From the NCBI GenBank assembly GCA_030432195.1, contig JAUIHE010000003.1:1-55329 (forward strand): a stretch of DNA of 55,329 nt. Reading direction: 5' to 3'. The position numbers and the translations under genes were made by a program. This document shows, one piece after another, positions 53,238 through 55,329 of the stretch. Positions within the stretch are counted from its first letter, which is position 1; every line of letters begins with the position of its first letter. The notes under the pieces are model-generated. The model saw only the letters and a program-made list of their open reading frames with translations, was not told where the DNA came from and searched no databases. Source of the DNA: Alphaproteobacteria bacterium (GTDB lineage: Bacteria; Pseudomonadota; Alphaproteobacteria; UBA7985; JAUIBT01).

Positions 53238-55329
53238 ATGCTGCAATCTCTCATCCGCCGTGTCGTCGGCTCGGCGAACGATCGCTACCTTAAGAAATTG
53301 AATAAGGACGTCGTGGCGATCAACGCACTGGAGCCCGAAATGGAGGCCCTGAGCGACGATGAGCTCAAAGCCAAGACCCAAGAATTCCGCGATCGACTGG
53401 ACAAAGGCGAAGACCTGGACGACCTGATGCACGAAGCCTTTGCTGTTGTGCGCGAGGCGGCCAAGCGTACCTTGGGGCTGCGGCACTATGATGTTCAGAT
53501 CGTTGCCGGTATCGTTTTGCACCAGGGCATGATTGCCGAGGCCAAGACGGGTGAAGGTAAGACCTTGACCGCAACCCTGCCGATCTATCTCAACGCTTTG
53601 CTTGGCGACGGCGCGCACGTTGTGACCGTCAACGACTACCTGGCCCAGCGCGACGCGGCTGAAATGGGCAAGGTCTACAGCTTTTTGGGCATGACCACCG
53701 GTTGTATCAGCCAATCCATGGGCCTGCCCGAAGACACGCCCTATGACCAGCTTAAGGCCGCCCGCCGCGCCGCCTACGCTTGCGACGTCACCTACGGCAC
53801 CAACAACGAAATCGGCTTCGACTTCTTGCGCGATAACATGGAGCACCGCAAAGCGGATATGGTGCAGCGCGGCTTCCATTTCGGTATCGTGGACGAGGTG
53901 GACTCGATCTTGATTGATGAAGCGCGCACGCCGTTGATTATCTCGGGGCCCTCGGACGACTCGGGCACGCTGTATCAGGCCGTGGACGCCATGATGAAGG
54001 GCCTGAAGCCCGAGCACTACGAAAAGGACGAAAAGCAGCGCTCGGTCATCTTTACCGATGAGGGCTTGGAGTTCGTCGAACTGCAAATGGTAGAGCAAGG
54101 CTTGTTGGAAGAAGGCCAATCGCTGTTTGATGCGGCCGCCATTACCATGCTGCACCACGCCAACTCGGCGCTGCGGGCCAACACCATGCTGGAAAAAGAT
54201 GTGCACTACATGGTGCGCAAGGGCGAAGTGGTGCTGATCGACGAATTCACCGGCCGCGCCATGTCGGGCCGCCGCCTGTCGGACGGCTTGCACCAGGCCT
54301 TGGAAGCCAAGGAAGGTGTCAACGTCCAGCGCGAGAACATCACGGTCGCCTCGATTACCTTCCAAAACCTGTTCCGTAGCTATGATGTCTTGGCGGGTAT
54401 GACCGGTACGGCCGCGACTGAAGCTGACGAATTCTTGGATATCTACGGCCTGGATGTCGTGGAGATCCCCACCAACCAGCCGGTGGCTCGCGAGGACCAT
54501 GACGACGAGGTCTATCGGACTTTTGAGGAAAAAGTAGCGGCCATTATCAACAAGATCGAGGACTGCCACACCAAGCAGCAGCCCGTCTTGGTCGGCACGG
54601 TCTCAATCGAGAAATCGGAGCTGTTCTCCGAGCGCCTGAAAAAGCGCGGCATCCCGCACAAGGTGTTGAACGCACGCTATCACGAGCAAGAAGCGCAGAT
54701 CGTCGCTGACGCGGGCCGACCCGGCGCGGTCACCATCGCAACCAACATGGCTGGTCGCGGTACGGATATTCAGCTGGGCGGAAATTTCGACCTGCACCTC
54801 AGCCAGTCCCTGGAGGGTGTCGAAGACGAAACCCAACGCCAGCGGATCACCGATGACGTCCGCCGTGAGATTGACGAGGCCAAAGCGACCGTCAAAGCCG
54901 CGGGCGGCCTGTTCGTTCTAGGCACCGAGCGCCACGAGAGCCGACGTATCGACAACCAGCTGCGCGGTCGTTCGGGCCGTCAGGGCGATCCGGGCGAGTC
55001 GCGCTTTTACCTCTGCCTGACCGATGACCTGATGCGCATCTTTGGCTCTGAGCGCCTGGATGGCATGCTCAAGCGCTTGGGACTGGAAGAAGGGGAGGCC
55101 ATCGTTCACCCCTGGATCAACAAAGCCGTTGAAAAGGCCCAGAAAAAAGTCGAAGAGCGCAACTTTGAAATCCGTAAGCACGTCGTCAAATTTGACAACG
55201 TGATGAACGATCAACGCAAGGTGGTGTTCGAGCAACGCTTGGAAATCATGGACGCCGAAGAGGTGGTGGACGTGGTGCGCGATATGCGCGAGCAGGCCAT
55301 CACCGGACTGGTTCAAGCCCATATCCCGC
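53238..55329 (+). CDS. secA: Preprotein translocase ATPase SecA (3' end outside window)
   Basis: Absent from the ORF track (no stop in window). From ATG 53238 it reads [54 protein letters not shown]...[24 protein letters not shown]. Minus-strand ORFs 53106..54569, 54603..54836 and 54918..55322 are antisense shadows. Confidence 0.95.
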   Translation, partial: MLQSLIRRVVGSANDRYLKKLNKDVVAINALEPEMEALSDDELKAKTQEFRDRLDKGEDLDDLMHEAFAVVREAAKRTLGLRHYDVQIVAGIVLHQGMIAEAKTGEGKTLTATLPIYLNALLGDGAHVVTVNDYLAQRDAAEMGKVYSFLGMTTGCISQSMGLPEDTPYDQLKAARRAAYACDVTYGTNNEIGFDFLRDNMEHRKADMVQRGFHFGIVDEVDSILIDEARTPLIISGPSDDSGTLYQAVDAMMKGLKPEHYEKDEKQRSVIFTDEGLEFVELQMVEQGLLEEGQSLFDAAAITMLHHANSALRANTMLEKDVHYMVRKGEVVLIDEFTGRAMSGRRLSDGLHQALEAKEGVNVQRENITVASITFQNLFRSYDVLAGMTGTAATEADEFLDIYGLDVVEIPTNQPVAREDHDDEVYRTFEEKVAAIINKIEDCHTKQQPVLVGTVSIEKSELFSERLKKRGIPHKVLNARYHEQEAQIVADAGRPGAVTIATNMAGRGTDIQLGGNFDLHLSQSLEGVEDETQRQRITDDVRREIDEAKATVKAAGGLFVLGTERHESRRIDNQLRGRSGRQGDPGESRFYLCLTDDLMRIFGSERLDGMLKRLGLEEGEAIVHPWINKAVEKAQKKVEERNFEIRKHVVKFDNVMNDQRKVVFEQRLEIMDAEEVVDVVRDMREQAITGLVQAHIP

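Noticed and set aside
53106-54569. Large antisense ORFs, e.g. 53106..54569 (487 aa) opposite secA, 10736..11782 opposite the hemY-like/mitofilin-like genes, 26771..27919 opposite the EamA gene, 23730..24572 opposite the PhyH gene, 33935..34600 opposite gyrA
   Set aside because: Their translations are low-complexity Arg/Gly/Ala/Gln-rich, typical of the reverse frames of high-GC genes. The opposite strand carries clearly recognisable conserved proteins.

Overview
GC-rich chromosomal segment with alphaproteobacterial gene content and order. Almost all of it is conserved housekeeping: icd, aatA, a hemC-hemD-mitofilin(Mic60)-like-hemY-like cluster, aroK-aroB, xerD, rpoH, accA, gyrA, glnE, rpmB, ttcA, xseA, purD, purH and secA. 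These are interspersed with transporters (2 MFS, EamA, CorC-type, one orphan solute-binding protein) and a few envelope or hypothetical proteins. I saw no rRNA, tRNA, CRISPR array, transposase, integrase (other than xerD) or recognisable defence or toxin system, and I could not support a convincing novel multi-gene system. The unusual signal is mostly non-coding. (1) Many short tandem repeats (11-23 bp units) sit exactly at gene 3' ends; four of them duplicate the last codons plus the stop codon of the gene. (2) There is a mosaic family of about 110-120 nt interspersed elements delimited by CTAGAGC/GCTCTAG, and their TAG serves as the stop codon of glnE, rpoH and an EamA transporter gene. (3) Strictly 15-nt-periodic arrays occur inside a LysM envelope protein and in the XseA tail. 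(4) A low-GC islet between purH and secA holds a 41-codon ORF with its own promoter, SD and terminator, divergent from a small XRE-like HTH gene. Other candidates worth a look are a coupled peptidoglycan-binding/HxxE-domain protein plus unknown partner, a pair of secreted low-complexity proteins, and a flavin-reductase fusion. Many ORFs in the supplied track are antisense shadows of real genes, and several long ORFs needed internal start codons. All family assignments come from reading motifs by eye, not from database searches.
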